From a virus, in the IMG/VR virus record IMGVR_UViG_3300008266_000015: a stretch of DNA of 64,000 nucleotides, one strand, 5' to 3'. The position numbers and the translations under genes were made by a program. Below the pieces are notes generated by a model, which was not told the DNA's origin, made no database searches, and worked only from the letters and a program-made list of their open reading frames with translations. Positions 1 through 9,316 of the stretch are shown here, one piece after another (within the stretch, counting starts at the first letter, position 1; every line of letters begins with the position of its first letter).

Positions 1-1
1 T

Positions 2-130
2 ATTTACATAATTAAAGAAATATATAAAGAGATTAAAGAAAAAAGATGGAAAGATGTTATAATAACAATATTAAGTTATACTATATCTTTTTTATTTTTT
101 AATTGGATTTTTGAATTACATTGGATTTGA
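2..130 (+). CDS. 3' end of a small membrane protein (partial)
   Basis: Open frame IYIIKEIYKEIKEKRWKDVIITILSYTISFLFFNWIFELHWI* ending TGA at 128-130, with a hydrophobic stretch. Confidence 0.5.
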   Translation: MYIIKEIYKEIKEKRWKDVIITILSYTISFLFFNWIFELHWI

Positions 131-148
131 TAATTGTTATCTTTTTTA

Positions 149-156
149 ATATTTAT
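149..156 (+). promoter_or_regulatory. ATATTTAT candidate late-promoter motif (first of ~12 intergenic copies)
   Basis: Copies at 149, 2602, 11562, 23577, 26257, 29820, 30238, 30950 (variant), 35527, 55581, 56611, 58729; most lie shortly upstream of start codons of structural, homing-endonuclease, holin-like and leader-bearing genes. Confidence 0.55.
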
Positions 157-178
157 AATAAATAAATTAGTTTAAAAA

Positions 179-2596
179 ATGGCTACTCCAAGTCCTGATG
201 ATTTAAAAAACTTAAGAGAAGAAGCAGAATCTCTTGGTAGTATTTTAGATAATTATGTTGATAAAATTAAAGACAATGCCAAACTCATTGCCAGGATAAC
301 TGGTGATAGTGCTAAAGCTTATGATCCTCAGATAAGTAAAACTAAAAACTTAGCTAAAGAACTTCAAAAAGTTAGTGAAGAAACTTTATCTAATGCTAAA
401 GAAAGAGGAAATGTAGAAAAATCTCTTAATAGTATTCAAAAAGAATTATTAGCTAATCAAACAAAAAGAGAGGCTATTGCTAAAAGATTAACAACCGCTA
501 CCAGAGCAGAACAAAGAGTATTATTAGATATTTTAGATAGTTATGATGATGCAATTTTATCTTCTAAAGAATTAATTGAAAATACAAAATCCTTAGCTTC
601 TACTTTCATAGATATTGAACGTAATTTAGGAATCACAGGAGATATTTTAGAAGGAATCAATAAAATCCCAATTTTAAATAAATTTTTAGATGTAAAATCA
701 GCATTAGAAGCTTCAAATAAAGAAGCAGCATCGTTAACTGGAACCAGATGGTCAGTAATGGGAGCTGCTCTTAAATCATTAGGACAAAGCCTCAGAAAAA
801 ATTTATCTGATCCTTTAGTTATCATTGGTGTAACTATTAAACTATTCAAAGAACTAGTAAATCTGGGCCTTGCATTCAGTCAACGTACAGCTGACATAGC
901 AAGAAATTTAGGCATCAGTTCTTCAGAAGCCCAAATACTAAATCAAAGATTTTCAGATATAACTGCCTCAAGCAATAACTTACTATCCACACAAACCAAT
1001 TTATTAGAGGCTACTAATCAAATTAACGATAGATTTGGCACAAGCGCTATGCTTACTGAATCTATGTTAGAAGATCAAATTGATCTAACTAAAAAACTAG
1101 GACTTTCAGGTGAAGAAGCAGCAGCATTTGCTGAATATTCTCTTTTATCAGGTAAATCTCAGGAAGATATAGTTAATGCTATTGGAAAACAAAACAAAGG
1201 TTTATTAAATAATAAAAAAGTTATTCAAGCAGTAGCAAAAGTTGGAGGACAACTTAATGCTCAATATAAAGGAAATCCTGAATTAATAGCTAAAGCAGTA
1301 GTTCAAGCCCAAAAATTGGGAATGACTTTAGAAGACACTCAAGGAATTGCTAAAAGTTTACTTAATTTTGAAGAATCAATAGCAAATGAACTCTCAGCTG
1401 AACTAATAACAGGAATGGATTTAAATCTTGAAAAAGCTAGATATTTAGCTTTACAAGGAAAATCCGCAGAAGCCGCTGCTGAATTGATGAAGAATTTAGG
1501 ACCTAATGGTCTAAACAAATTCCAAAACATGAATGTCATCCAGCAAGAAGCATTGGCTGGAGCTTTGGGCATGAGTGCAGATCAATTAGCAGATTCTTTA
1601 AGAACACAACAAGCTATAAGTAAGTTAAGTGTTAAAGATAAACAAGCATACAAAGATGCAATTAAGGCTGCTCAAGAAAAAGGAGACTTTGATAAAGCAG
1701 CAGCTTTAGAAAAACAAATGAATCAAGGTAAAGAATTTGAATTAGCTAAAGTAAATTTAGATGCTCAACAAAAATTCAATGCTGCAGTAGATAAATTAAA
1801 AGGTTTATTAGCTTCAATAGTTGAAGGTCCATTAGGACAAATGGCTGAAACTATTGCTAACATGATTGCAGGAATTGCAAAAATCCCTGGAGTAAAGGAA
1901 ATACTAGGATATGCTGCTCCAATAGCCGCAGTACTAACTGGAGGAATGCTAGTTAGATCTTTAACTAAAGGAACTTCAATGAATCCCATGGTAGTTACAA
2001 TGGCCGGAGGTGGTGGAGGAGTATTAGGTGGGGGAGGTGCTGGAGGAAGTAGACCAACAGGATTAGGAAGAGTAGCAAGAGCATTTAGTAGAGGAGGAGT
2101 AGGAGGTGGAGGAAGAGCAATGGGTCGAATGTTAAAAAGTACTGTAAAAGGAGTAGGAGGAAAATTAGGAATACTAGGAGCACTCGGATCTTTAGGAATG
2201 GATATTGCTGAAGGAGGTATTAACATGGAATCAATAGGAAGGGCAGGACTATCAGGTTTAGGTTCAATAGCAGGAGGAGCATTAGGTTCTCTTATAGCTC
2301 CAGGTATCGGTACTATTGGTGGTGGTGTAGCAGGAGGCATGGCTGGAGATTTTCTAGCTAATAAAATATTTGGGGAAAGAGTTGAAATGGCCACCGGAGG
2401 TATAGTTACTAAACCTACTAACGCACTTGTTGGTGAAGCAGGTCCAGAAGCTGTAATTCCTTTATCAAAATTAATGAATGAATTTGTTGAAATGAAGAAG
2501 TATCTAGCTCAAATAGCAACCAAAGAGGGAAATATATACATGGGTCCTACTAAAGTAGGTACAGCAGTAACAGTTGGAACATATAAAACTCAATAA
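179..2596 (+). CDS. Tail tape measure protein
   Basis: 805 aa, Ala/Leu/Lys-rich helical, Gly-rich hydrophobic C-terminal region, MATGGIVTKPTNALVGEAGPEAVIPL motif typical of tape-measure C-termini; upstream of baseplate genes. Confidence 0.8.
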   Translation: MATPSPDDLKNLREEAESLGSILDNYVDKIKDNAKLIARITGDSAKAYDPQISKTKNLAKELQKVSEETLSNAKERGNVEKSLNSIQKELLANQTKREAIAKRLTTATRAEQRVLLDILDSYDDAILSSKELIENTKSLASTFIDIERNLGITGDILEGINKIPILNKFLDVKSALEASNKEAASLTGTRWSVMGAALKSLGQSLRKNLSDPLVIIGVTIKLFKELVNLGLAFSQRTADIARNLGISSSEAQILNQRFSDITASSNNLLSTQTNLLEATNQINDRFGTSAMLTESMLEDQIDLTKKLGLSGEEAAAFAEYSLLSGKSQEDIVNAIGKQNKGLLNNKKVIQAVAKVGGQLNAQYKGNPELIAKAVVQAQKLGMTLEDTQGIAKSLLNFEESIANELSAELITGMDLNLEKARYLALQGKSAEAAAELMKNLGPNGLNKFQNMNVIQQEALAGALGMSADQLADSLRTQQAISKLSVKDKQAYKDAIKAAQEKGDFDKAAALEKQMNQGKEFELAKVNLDAQQKFNAAVDKLKGLLASIVEGPLGQMAETIANMIAGIAKIPGVKEILGYAAPIAAVLTGGMLVRSLTKGTSMNPMVVTMAGGGGGVLGGGGAGGSRPTGLGRVARAFSRGGVGGGGRAMGRMLKSTVKGVGGKLGILGALGSLGMDIAEGGINMESIGRAGLSGLGSIAGGALGSLIAPGIGTIGGGVAGGMAGDFLANKIFGERVEMATGGIVTKPTNALVGEAGPEAVIPLSKLMNEFVEMKKYLAQIATKEGNIYMGPTKVGTAVTVGTYKTQ

Positions 2597-2623
2597 ACAC
2601 AATATTTATAACAAAAACAAATT

Positions 2624-2950
2624 ATGGGACTTTTAGATAAATTAACAATAGACGGTTCAACTTACTCATATGGTAATGGACAAACTCCAACAATAAACCC
2701 AGGAGCAACACAACAATCAAAATTACATGCTGATGGAAATACACCTGGATATTCATTAGATGGCTCTGATTTTTCAGAAGTAAATGCTGCATATCAAGCA
2801 TATAACGATGGTTTTAATAACAATTTACCTCAACCTTCACTATTGGATATTAATGGGGTATTACCAACAGGTCCATTAAGTGATCCAAGTGTTGGTTCAA
2901 TTAATAACACATTTTCTCAAGGACAATATCTTAACAACCTACCTGGTTAA
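2624..2950 (+). CDS. Small virion structural protein (hypothetical)
   Basis: Gly/Asn/Pro-rich, in tail module, preceded by ATATTTAT. Confidence 0.5.
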   Translation: MGLLDKLTIDGSTYSYGNGQTPTINPGATQQSKLHADGNTPGYSLDGSDFSEVNAAYQAYNDGFNNNLPQPSLLDINGVLPTGPLSDPSVGSINNTFSQGQYLNNLPG

Positions 2951-4857
2951 TGTCATTAATTAATCTTAAAACTAATCTTAAGTCTCTTAAGTTTGGGAAT
3001 GATCAATTTGATGGAGGTTCCTCAAACCAACCTTACATTCAAACTGAAATTCCTGAAGAACTTGGGGAATACGGCTTTCTAAACAAAGATTTTATCCTAA
3101 GAGGTGGAAGTAAAACCGTAACGGATTCACTTATAGATGTTAAGAGATTAGGCAAATATTTTACAGATACTAAGAATCCAAGTGGGTTTCTATTTATAGC
3201 AAAACAAAATTTACTTTCTAGAACAGCTGTCCGCACTCAAACTAGTGGATTGGTGAATGAAGGAATATATACTCCTTTAAGTACCTTAGCGCAAGCAGGA
3301 GGAGTAGCTTTTGGATTACATGTTAATAAACAAGGATTAAATCCATTTGCTTCAACAGGTCCTACCTCAGATAATGAGAATTTATATGGGGTTAAAGTAA
3401 CTCCCAATCAAAATACTTTAAGCAATAGATTAATCCAATTATACGGAACTAAATTTTTAACTCCCTCAAATTCAACTCCCAACTCTAGATTTTTGGGAAT
3501 GAATGATATAAGTACCGATCCTCAAATTCTTCTTTCATATGAAGGAGGACCAGGTTCTGAGTTAGGAATAGGTAAAACTAATATTAGATTATCTAATCCT
3601 ACTGTAAGAGTAAACGCTTTTATAGATATTACAGACCCTACAGTTAATTATTTAACATTAGGATATAGAGGACTTAATACTGCAACTAATAAAACCGCAG
3701 GAAATAAAAATCAATCAGTTAATCCTAATATTCTTGGTCAATTAGCCGAACTAGAAATTGCTGAAGATAACTTTCAATTAGATAACCCTAGACGTATTAA
3801 AGGATATGTTCCCGCACTCTACCAACAAGACTTTAGAGGTGGGTTAAGACAAGCAATCCAGTCTGAAGCTCAGAGTCAAACAACTCTTATGTCACTAGCT
3901 CCATCATATAATTATGGAAATAATCAAACCATAGAAAATAGAGTCAATTTAGGAGACCCAGGTAATTCCATTAATAAAAATGTATTTAGTTATGTTAGCG
4001 GGGCCAACGCAGATGATCCCTTAGTACCTTTAGGAGCCGCTTCTTTTAATTCATATGATAAAATAAATGCTCTTCCTATATATAGTAGTGAAATAGCTGG
4101 AATTAATCCAAATAATGTGGGAAATGATTTAGTCAAATTTAGAATTGGTGTTATAAATAATGACAATCCATCTACTCGAATTTATATCCATTTTAGAGCA
4201 TTCCTAGATCAAATTTCTGATCAATATACTTCAGATTGGGATCCAACCCAATATATTGGAAGAGGTGAAAAATTCTACACTTACAAGGGATTTGACAGAA
4301 AAGTTTCATTATCTTGGACAGTAGCAGCACAATCAAAAGCTGAATTGATTCCAATGTATAAAAAATTAAATTATCTAGCTTCAGTTTGCGCTCCAGATTA
4401 TAGTGCTAATGGATATATGAGAGGAAATATTGTTACATTAACTATAGGGGGATATTTTTATGAACAACCAGGTCTTATAACAGGATTTTCTTATGAAATG
4501 AATGAAGAAAATGCAACTTGGGAAATAGGAATTGATGATGGTAATCTAGATGCTCCTATTGATAGAGGTGGTATTGCTCAATCAGATTCTTCAGTTAAAG
4601 AGCTTCCCCATTTAATTAAGGTAACAGGATTTAATTTTATTCCAATCCATACATTTGTACCAAGACTACAACAAAATTCTTATGGTTTTGTAGATCCATC
4701 TGACCCAACACAAGATAATAATTTCTATGGTCCTGAAAAGTATATAGCTTTAAGTGCGGGTGAAAAAGATAATTATAGAATTCCAAGTATTTCATCATTA
4801 GAATCTAAAAATATTTCGCTTATTCCATATGAAACTCCTCCATTAACATTAAGATAA
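2950..4857 (+). CDS. Baseplate / tail-tube initiator-like protein
   Basis: C-terminal FRAFLDQISDQY..W....YIGRGEKFYTYKGFDRKVSLSW resembles tail-tube/baseplate (gp48/gp54-like) folds; position after tape measure. Confidence 0.6.
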   Translation: MSLINLKTNLKSLKFGNDQFDGGSSNQPYIQTEIPEELGEYGFLNKDFILRGGSKTVTDSLIDVKRLGKYFTDTKNPSGFLFIAKQNLLSRTAVRTQTSGLVNEGIYTPLSTLAQAGGVAFGLHVNKQGLNPFASTGPTSDNENLYGVKVTPNQNTLSNRLIQLYGTKFLTPSNSTPNSRFLGMNDISTDPQILLSYEGGPGSELGIGKTNIRLSNPTVRVNAFIDITDPTVNYLTLGYRGLNTATNKTAGNKNQSVNPNILGQLAELEIAEDNFQLDNPRRIKGYVPALYQQDFRGGLRQAIQSEAQSQTTLMSLAPSYNYGNNQTIENRVNLGDPGNSINKNVFSYVSGANADDPLVPLGAASFNSYDKINALPIYSSEIAGINPNNVGNDLVKFRIGVINNDNPSTRIYIHFRAFLDQISDQYTSDWDPTQYIGRGEKFYTYKGFDRKVSLSWTVAAQSKAELIPMYKKLNYLASVCAPDYSANGYMRGNIVTLTIGGYFYEQPGLITGFSYEMNEENATWEIGIDDGNLDAPIDRGGIAQSDSSVKELPHLIKVTGFNFIPIHTFVPRLQQNSYGFVDPSDPTQDNNFYGPEKYIALSAGEKDNYRIPSISSLESKNISLIPYETPPLTLR

Positions 4858-5184
4858 ATGAATCGTTATCAACCTATTCCAATCATTATTATTGATAAAA
4901 AACCAGTATACCAAACAACAAAGTATCCTGAAATTCCTTTATCTGATAATGATGCATATGTTTATACAACTCAAGGTGATAGATTTGATATATTAGCACA
5001 ACAATACTATGGAGATCAATCATTATGGTGGGTCATTTCTATTGCTAATACAGCAGTAGCAGGAACATCACTTCCAGCTGATCTACCTCAAGATTCATTA
5101 ATTATACCTGAAGGCAACCAAATCCGAATCCCAGCAAATTATGCGGATGTAATAAATAGTTTTAGAGTTTTAAATAATTTATAA
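4858..5184 (+). CDS. LysM-like baseplate wedge protein (gp53/tail X-like)
   Basis: TTQGDRFDILAQQYYGDQSLWWVISIAN ... GNQIRIP LysM-type signature. Confidence 0.8.
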   Translation: MNRYQPIPIIIIDKKPVYQTTKYPEIPLSDNDAYVYTTQGDRFDILAQQYYGDQSLWWVISIANTAVAGTSLPADLPQDSLIIPEGNQIRIPANYADVINSFRVLNNL

Positions 5185-5187
5185 GTT

Positions 5188-8097
5188 ATGAATATATTAG
5201 GTGAAGGTTTCCCTAAAGAAATAGTAGAACAGGTCGCCCAACGACAAAAAAGATTTGGATCTGGATATACTACAAATCGCGATCCTGAAGAAATAGTATA
5301 TTTAAATGCTAATACTTCTTGGGTAAAATTAATTTCATCAGTTGATGTTATAGATCAAAAAATTCTTCAAGACGAATCTTTAAAAAATGTTCAAGGAATA
5401 AAGGATAACAATCTTGCTAAAAAGTTTGTTTTGTTTAATGGAACCATAAATGAAGGTACTAATGAACAAAGAGCAGGTTTAACTCAAACCAATTCACCTT
5501 TAGGAGGTAATAATGCATACGGAATTGGAGGAACAGAATTTGGTTTACGCCCAATGATGGGTATTCAATCAGCAGAAATTAAACATGAAAATAGAGGATC
5601 AATTCGTAGAGCCACAGTAAAAATTAAAGCATTTAATCGAATTCAATTTGATATAATTGATGCTTTATACCTTAGATTAGGTTTTAGTGTGCTACTTGAA
5701 TGGGGACATTCAATGTATTATGACAACAATGGAATTCTACAAAAAGGCTCTGATATAAACAATAGTTTAGCAGATGATTTTTTAAAAGGAGGAATAACAT
5801 ACGATAAATTTCTTGATAAAATTCAAAAAAATCGAATCTCATCTAAAGGAAATTACGATGCAATGTTTGCTAAAGTTTCTAATATCCATTGGTCCTTCAA
5901 CCCAGATGGTAGTTATGATATTACTTTAGATTTAGTAAGTATTGGAGATATTATTGAATCTTTTAAAATTAATTCATTAACCAATTCTAACACATTCGGA
6001 AATATTACTCAGGATAGTTTATTCCCCAAAACAGTTATTGACGCTATTAATAAAAGTACTATAGGAAGATTTTTTTATACTATCTATGAAAATATGGGAA
6101 CATCTACTTCCTATTCTCTAGATGTAGCCACATATGGATTTACAACAGGAAAAGTTGATGCTATACAAATTGAATGGAAAAATATAGGACAGCAATATTA
6201 TATTAGATTAGGAACATTTCTACAATTCCTTCAAGAAAAAGTTATTTATCAATCTATTGTAGCTGATCAAAACGCTCCAATAATTAAATTTGATTATGAC
6301 ACAGATTCAAACTTAATGTATCTTGAAAATGATCTACAAGTTAGTATTGATCCTCAAATATGTATGGTAAATCGTACTTTGATATTAAATTCTATTGAAT
6401 TAAATTTTGCGGAACAAGGTGAAGACTTTGAAAGTCCTTTATTTACAGAAAATGTTTCATATGGGCAGATAATGAATATATATGTAAATGGATTATGGAT
6501 ATTAACTAAACTTAATGAATTAGTAGATTCAAATAATAATAAAGTAGTTTTAATTGATTTCTTAAGTACTATTTTATCTTCAATTAATAATTCATTAGGA
6601 GGAACAATTAATTTAGAACCTACTGTAGATGAAACTACAAATACTATAATAATTAGAGATGCAAATCCACTTCCTAACACTGAGGCTGTTATAAATAAAC
6701 TTAATGAATTAAAATATGGTATCTCAAATAAATATGCTAAATTTGATTTATATGGATATAATAAAGTTAATGGAGTAGGTAGTGCCTCATTTATAAAAGA
6801 TTTTTCATTTACTACAGAAATTTCCCCATCGTTATCTACAATGATTACAATTGGTGCCACAGCCAATAGTACTGTAGTAGGAGAAAATGCAACTGCATTT
6901 TCCAAATTTAATGCTGGTTTAAAAGATCGTTTTAAAGAACAAATAGTTCAATCCAAAGAAGAACTATACCAGGAAAGATTTGATGTATACCTTAAGTTAT
7001 TTCAAGATAAAAATGCATTAACCAATCAGTTTAAACAAGTATTTGCAGATTATGTGAGATATTTGATAGATTTATCTGAACAAAATTATAAATCAGATGC
7101 AGCCGAAACATATAGAGATACATTAACCAATATTATAACTTATCAACAACAACTTCGTCAAGTAATAGCTAATATAAATAATAAAAAAGCAGAACAAGAA
7201 GGTAAAAAGCCCATTCCCGCTTTTGCTCCAGGTACTGGTTTTATTCCATTTAATCTATCATTGACAATGGATGGTCTTTCAGGAATGAAAATATATAGTA
7301 AATTTCTAATTGACACTCAAGTTCTACCTGCTAACTATCCTGACAATGCTGAATTTTTGATTAAAAATATTGTACATAAAATTGAAAACAATAAATGGTT
7401 TACAACTTTAGAATCAATAGTTATTTCTAAAGGAAATACAGATGAGAGTGTGTATAAAAAAGACAAAAACCAAATCTCAGATTCTTCACCTACACCCCAA
7501 TCTCAACGTCAAAATACTCCTTCTACTCCCCTTGCTCCTGTAGCTAAAGGATCAGATGCGGATTTATGGAGTTTAGTAGCTATATGTGCTGCGGAAAGTT
7601 TTATACTATTAGATCCTCAAGGAGCAGCAGATGTTGCTCAATCTATCTATAATAGATTAAATGTGGGAGCATATGGTAAAAGTATAAAAGAAATTATAGT
7701 TGCTCCTGGTCAATACGAACCCGTATTTAGAAATAAAAATGATTGGGCTAAAATTAAAGATAGAAACACTGCTATTATAGCATACCAAAATTCTAAAAAA
7801 GTACCACTAGCTGATGCTACTTTAGCTATTGATGCTAGCTACAAAGCTATAACCAATCCAACTCTTAAAGCTAATTCTAGAAAGTTTGTAGGTTCTAGAA
7901 CCGAATTCTTGGCCTACAGGCCTAAAAATAAAGAAGCAGTAGGACCAGTTGAAAGACCTAAAATACTTAATAGTAAAGGTAAACTAATAGATACAAGTAA
8001 CGTATTTTTCTGGAACTACACAGGAAAAGCTAAATTATATAATGAAAATAGATTAGCAGCTCTTCCACCTCCATCTAATCTTCCACAATTAGCTTAA
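5188..8097 (+). CDS. Baseplate hub protein with C-terminal SleB-like cell-wall hydrolase
   Basis: Hub-like N-terminus (LLEWGH, FNPDGSYDITL); Pro/Ser/Thr linker; C-terminal ICAAES..AADVAQSIYNR..YGKSIKEIIVAPGQYEP Hydrolase_2 pattern. Confidence 0.65.
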   Translation: MNILGEGFPKEIVEQVAQRQKRFGSGYTTNRDPEEIVYLNANTSWVKLISSVDVIDQKILQDESLKNVQGIKDNNLAKKFVLFNGTINEGTNEQRAGLTQTNSPLGGNNAYGIGGTEFGLRPMMGIQSAEIKHENRGSIRRATVKIKAFNRIQFDIIDALYLRLGFSVLLEWGHSMYYDNNGILQKGSDINNSLADDFLKGGITYDKFLDKIQKNRISSKGNYDAMFAKVSNIHWSFNPDGSYDITLDLVSIGDIIESFKINSLTNSNTFGNITQDSLFPKTVIDAINKSTIGRFFYTIYENMGTSTSYSLDVATYGFTTGKVDAIQIEWKNIGQQYYIRLGTFLQFLQEKVIYQSIVADQNAPIIKFDYDTDSNLMYLENDLQVSIDPQICMVNRTLILNSIELNFAEQGEDFESPLFTENVSYGQIMNIYVNGLWILTKLNELVDSNNNKVVLIDFLSTILSSINNSLGGTINLEPTVDETTNTIIIRDANPLPNTEAVINKLNELKYGISNKYAKFDLYGYNKVNGVGSASFIKDFSFTTEISPSLSTMITIGATANSTVVGENATAFSKFNAGLKDRFKEQIVQSKEELYQERFDVYLKLFQDKNALTNQFKQVFADYVRYLIDLSEQNYKSDAAETYRDTLTNIITYQQQLRQVIANINNKKAEQEGKKPIPAFAPGTGFIPFNLSLTMDGLSGMKIYSKFLIDTQVLPANYPDNAEFLIKNIVHKIENNKWFTTLESIVISKGNTDESVYKKDKNQISDSSPTPQSQRQNTPSTPLAPVAKGSDADLWSLVAICAAESFILLDPQGAADVAQSIYNRLNVGAYGKSIKEIIVAPGQYEPVFRNKNDWAKIKDRNTAIIAYQNSKKVPLADATLAIDASYKAITNPTLKANSRKFVGSRTEFLAYRPKNKEAVGPVERPKILNSKGKLIDTSNVFFWNYTGKAKLYNENRLAALPPPSNLPQLA

Positions 8098-8104
8098 TTA
8101 TATT

Positions 8105-8710
8105 ATGTATTATCCATTATCTCAAATAACTTCCAATTTGTATACTAATGGTAGAGAATTTGCATATTTAAATACTAAACAACCATACATTGGATACTAT
8201 TGGAAAACCTCAGATGGAAAATTCTTCACAGGTAAAACTCCACAAGATACTCCCTCAGAAGAAATTATTGTATATACTCCTGAAACTAATATTGAAACCT
8301 CAGTAGCAATAAATGGAGATTCTTCTTATTATAATCAATTTGATTCTAATACTTTTAATTATTTAAATATAGTTTCCCCACCACCCCCTGCACTCCCCCC
8401 ACTTTATTCACCAACAATCCCAACTCAAAAAGAATATCAAATAGGAGAATATAGAAGATATTTTTGTAAAAAAACCAATGAAATCATTTATCTTGAAATA
8501 AATAAAGATACATACGATAAATTAGTAAATAAAGACTCAAAAATACTATACCAACTATATCAACCATTTAATTTACCTTGGCAGTTGACAGGAAATAAAT
8601 CTCAAGTATTTATAACAAACAAAAATATAACTGAGTTAACAAGTCAACAACAAAAACTACCAATGCTCTCAGAATATTTAAAAAACGATTTCACAAAATA
8701 TTATAAATAA
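8105..8710 (+). CDS. Hypothetical baseplate-region protein
   Basis: 201-aa ORF in tail module, overlapping the next start codon. Confidence 0.5.
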   Translation: MYYPLSQITSNLYTNGREFAYLNTKQPYIGYYWKTSDGKFFTGKTPQDTPSEEIIVYTPETNIETSVAINGDSSYYNQFDSNTFNYLNIVSPPPPALPPLYSPTIPTQKEYQIGEYRRYFCKKTNEIIYLEINKDTYDKLVNKDSKILYQLYQPFNLPWQLTGNKSQVFITNKNITELTSQQQKLPMLSEYLKNDFTKYYK

Positions 8711-9174
8711 TGGTAACTTCACAACAAGCATTAAAAAAATACGGCGATCCTAATTTATTAGCAACCCAAAATAAACATTTTATTACATGGAATGTACCTT
8801 TAGATATACAACAAGCATTTTCTCATGTTAGATTTAGTGCTGTTGGTATAATAGGTTTTCCTAAGAGAATTTTTGTAAATAAAGATTTACAAATACCTTT
8901 AGAAGCAGGTTTAAGAAATGTCATTACTAGAGGTTTTAGTAAAGAACTAAAAACATGGGATGGATGTTTTATTATAAGAAATAAAAGAGGTTTATCTTCA
9001 ATGAGTCTACACTCATGGGCTATCGCATTTGATGTTAATGCTTTTGAAAACCAATTAAACCAACAACCTAAACTATCAGCAGGATTTGTAAAATGTTTTA
9101 CAGATGTTGGTTTTGATTGGGGTGGTACTTGGACTAGAAAAGATGGAATGCATTTCCAATTAAGTAAAATATAA
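8710..9174 (+). CDS. Endolysin, peptidase M15 family (L-Ala-D-Glu peptidase-like)
   Basis: SLHSWAIAFD (SxHxxxxAxD) and WGGTW..KDGMHFQ zinc motifs. Confidence 0.85.
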   Translation: MVTSQQALKKYGDPNLLATQNKHFITWNVPLDIQQAFSHVRFSAVGIIGFPKRIFVNKDLQIPLEAGLRNVITRGFSKELKTWDGCFIIRNKRGLSSMSLHSWAIAFDVNAFENQLNQQPKLSAGFVKCFTDVGFDWGGTWTRKDGMHFQLSKI

Positions 9175-9176
9175 AA

Positions 9177-9257
9177 ATATACGGACTTAGGACCGTCTAT
9201 AGCTTCGGCTATGAAAACACCCCACGGAGTCGCTACCTAGGGTGTTTTCTCTTTTTT
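9177..9257 (+). ncRNA. Candidate structured RNA (three hairpins) ending in an intrinsic terminator
   Basis: ACGG-acttagga-CCGT (9181-9196); ATAGC-ttcg-GCTAT (9199-9212); GAAAACACCC..GGGTGTTTTC (9213-9249) then a T-tract; GC-rich island in an AT-rich genome. Confidence 0.5.
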
Positions 9258-9267
9258 ACTAAAAAAC

Positions 9268-9296
9268 TAGGATTCCATAAAGATAATTTTTATATT
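9268..9296 (+). promoter_or_regulatory. T(A/T)GG-N19-TATATT promoter (first of 14 exact copies)
   Basis: T(A/T)GG starts at 9268, 11652, 20206, 25127, 26961, 30491, 31620, 34487, 37712, 45485, 54041, 58146, 59284, 60113, each with exactly 19 nt to TATATT; TTGA variant at 35503; all just upstream of genes. Confidence 0.85.
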
Positions 9297-9316
9297 TACT
9301 ACAAATAAAAAAGGTT

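Noticed and set aside
2000-2350. GGA/GGT-rich low-complexity tract
   Set aside because: Encodes the Gly-rich region of the tape measure protein; not an independent repeat element
9223-9271. Possible preQ1-I riboswitch (ends in TAAAAAACTAG; genome has que genes)
   Set aside because: Stem-loop geometry and distance do not fit, AAAACTAGG is simply the start of the repeated promoter (also at 11647 and 25122), and the element is not upstream of que genes
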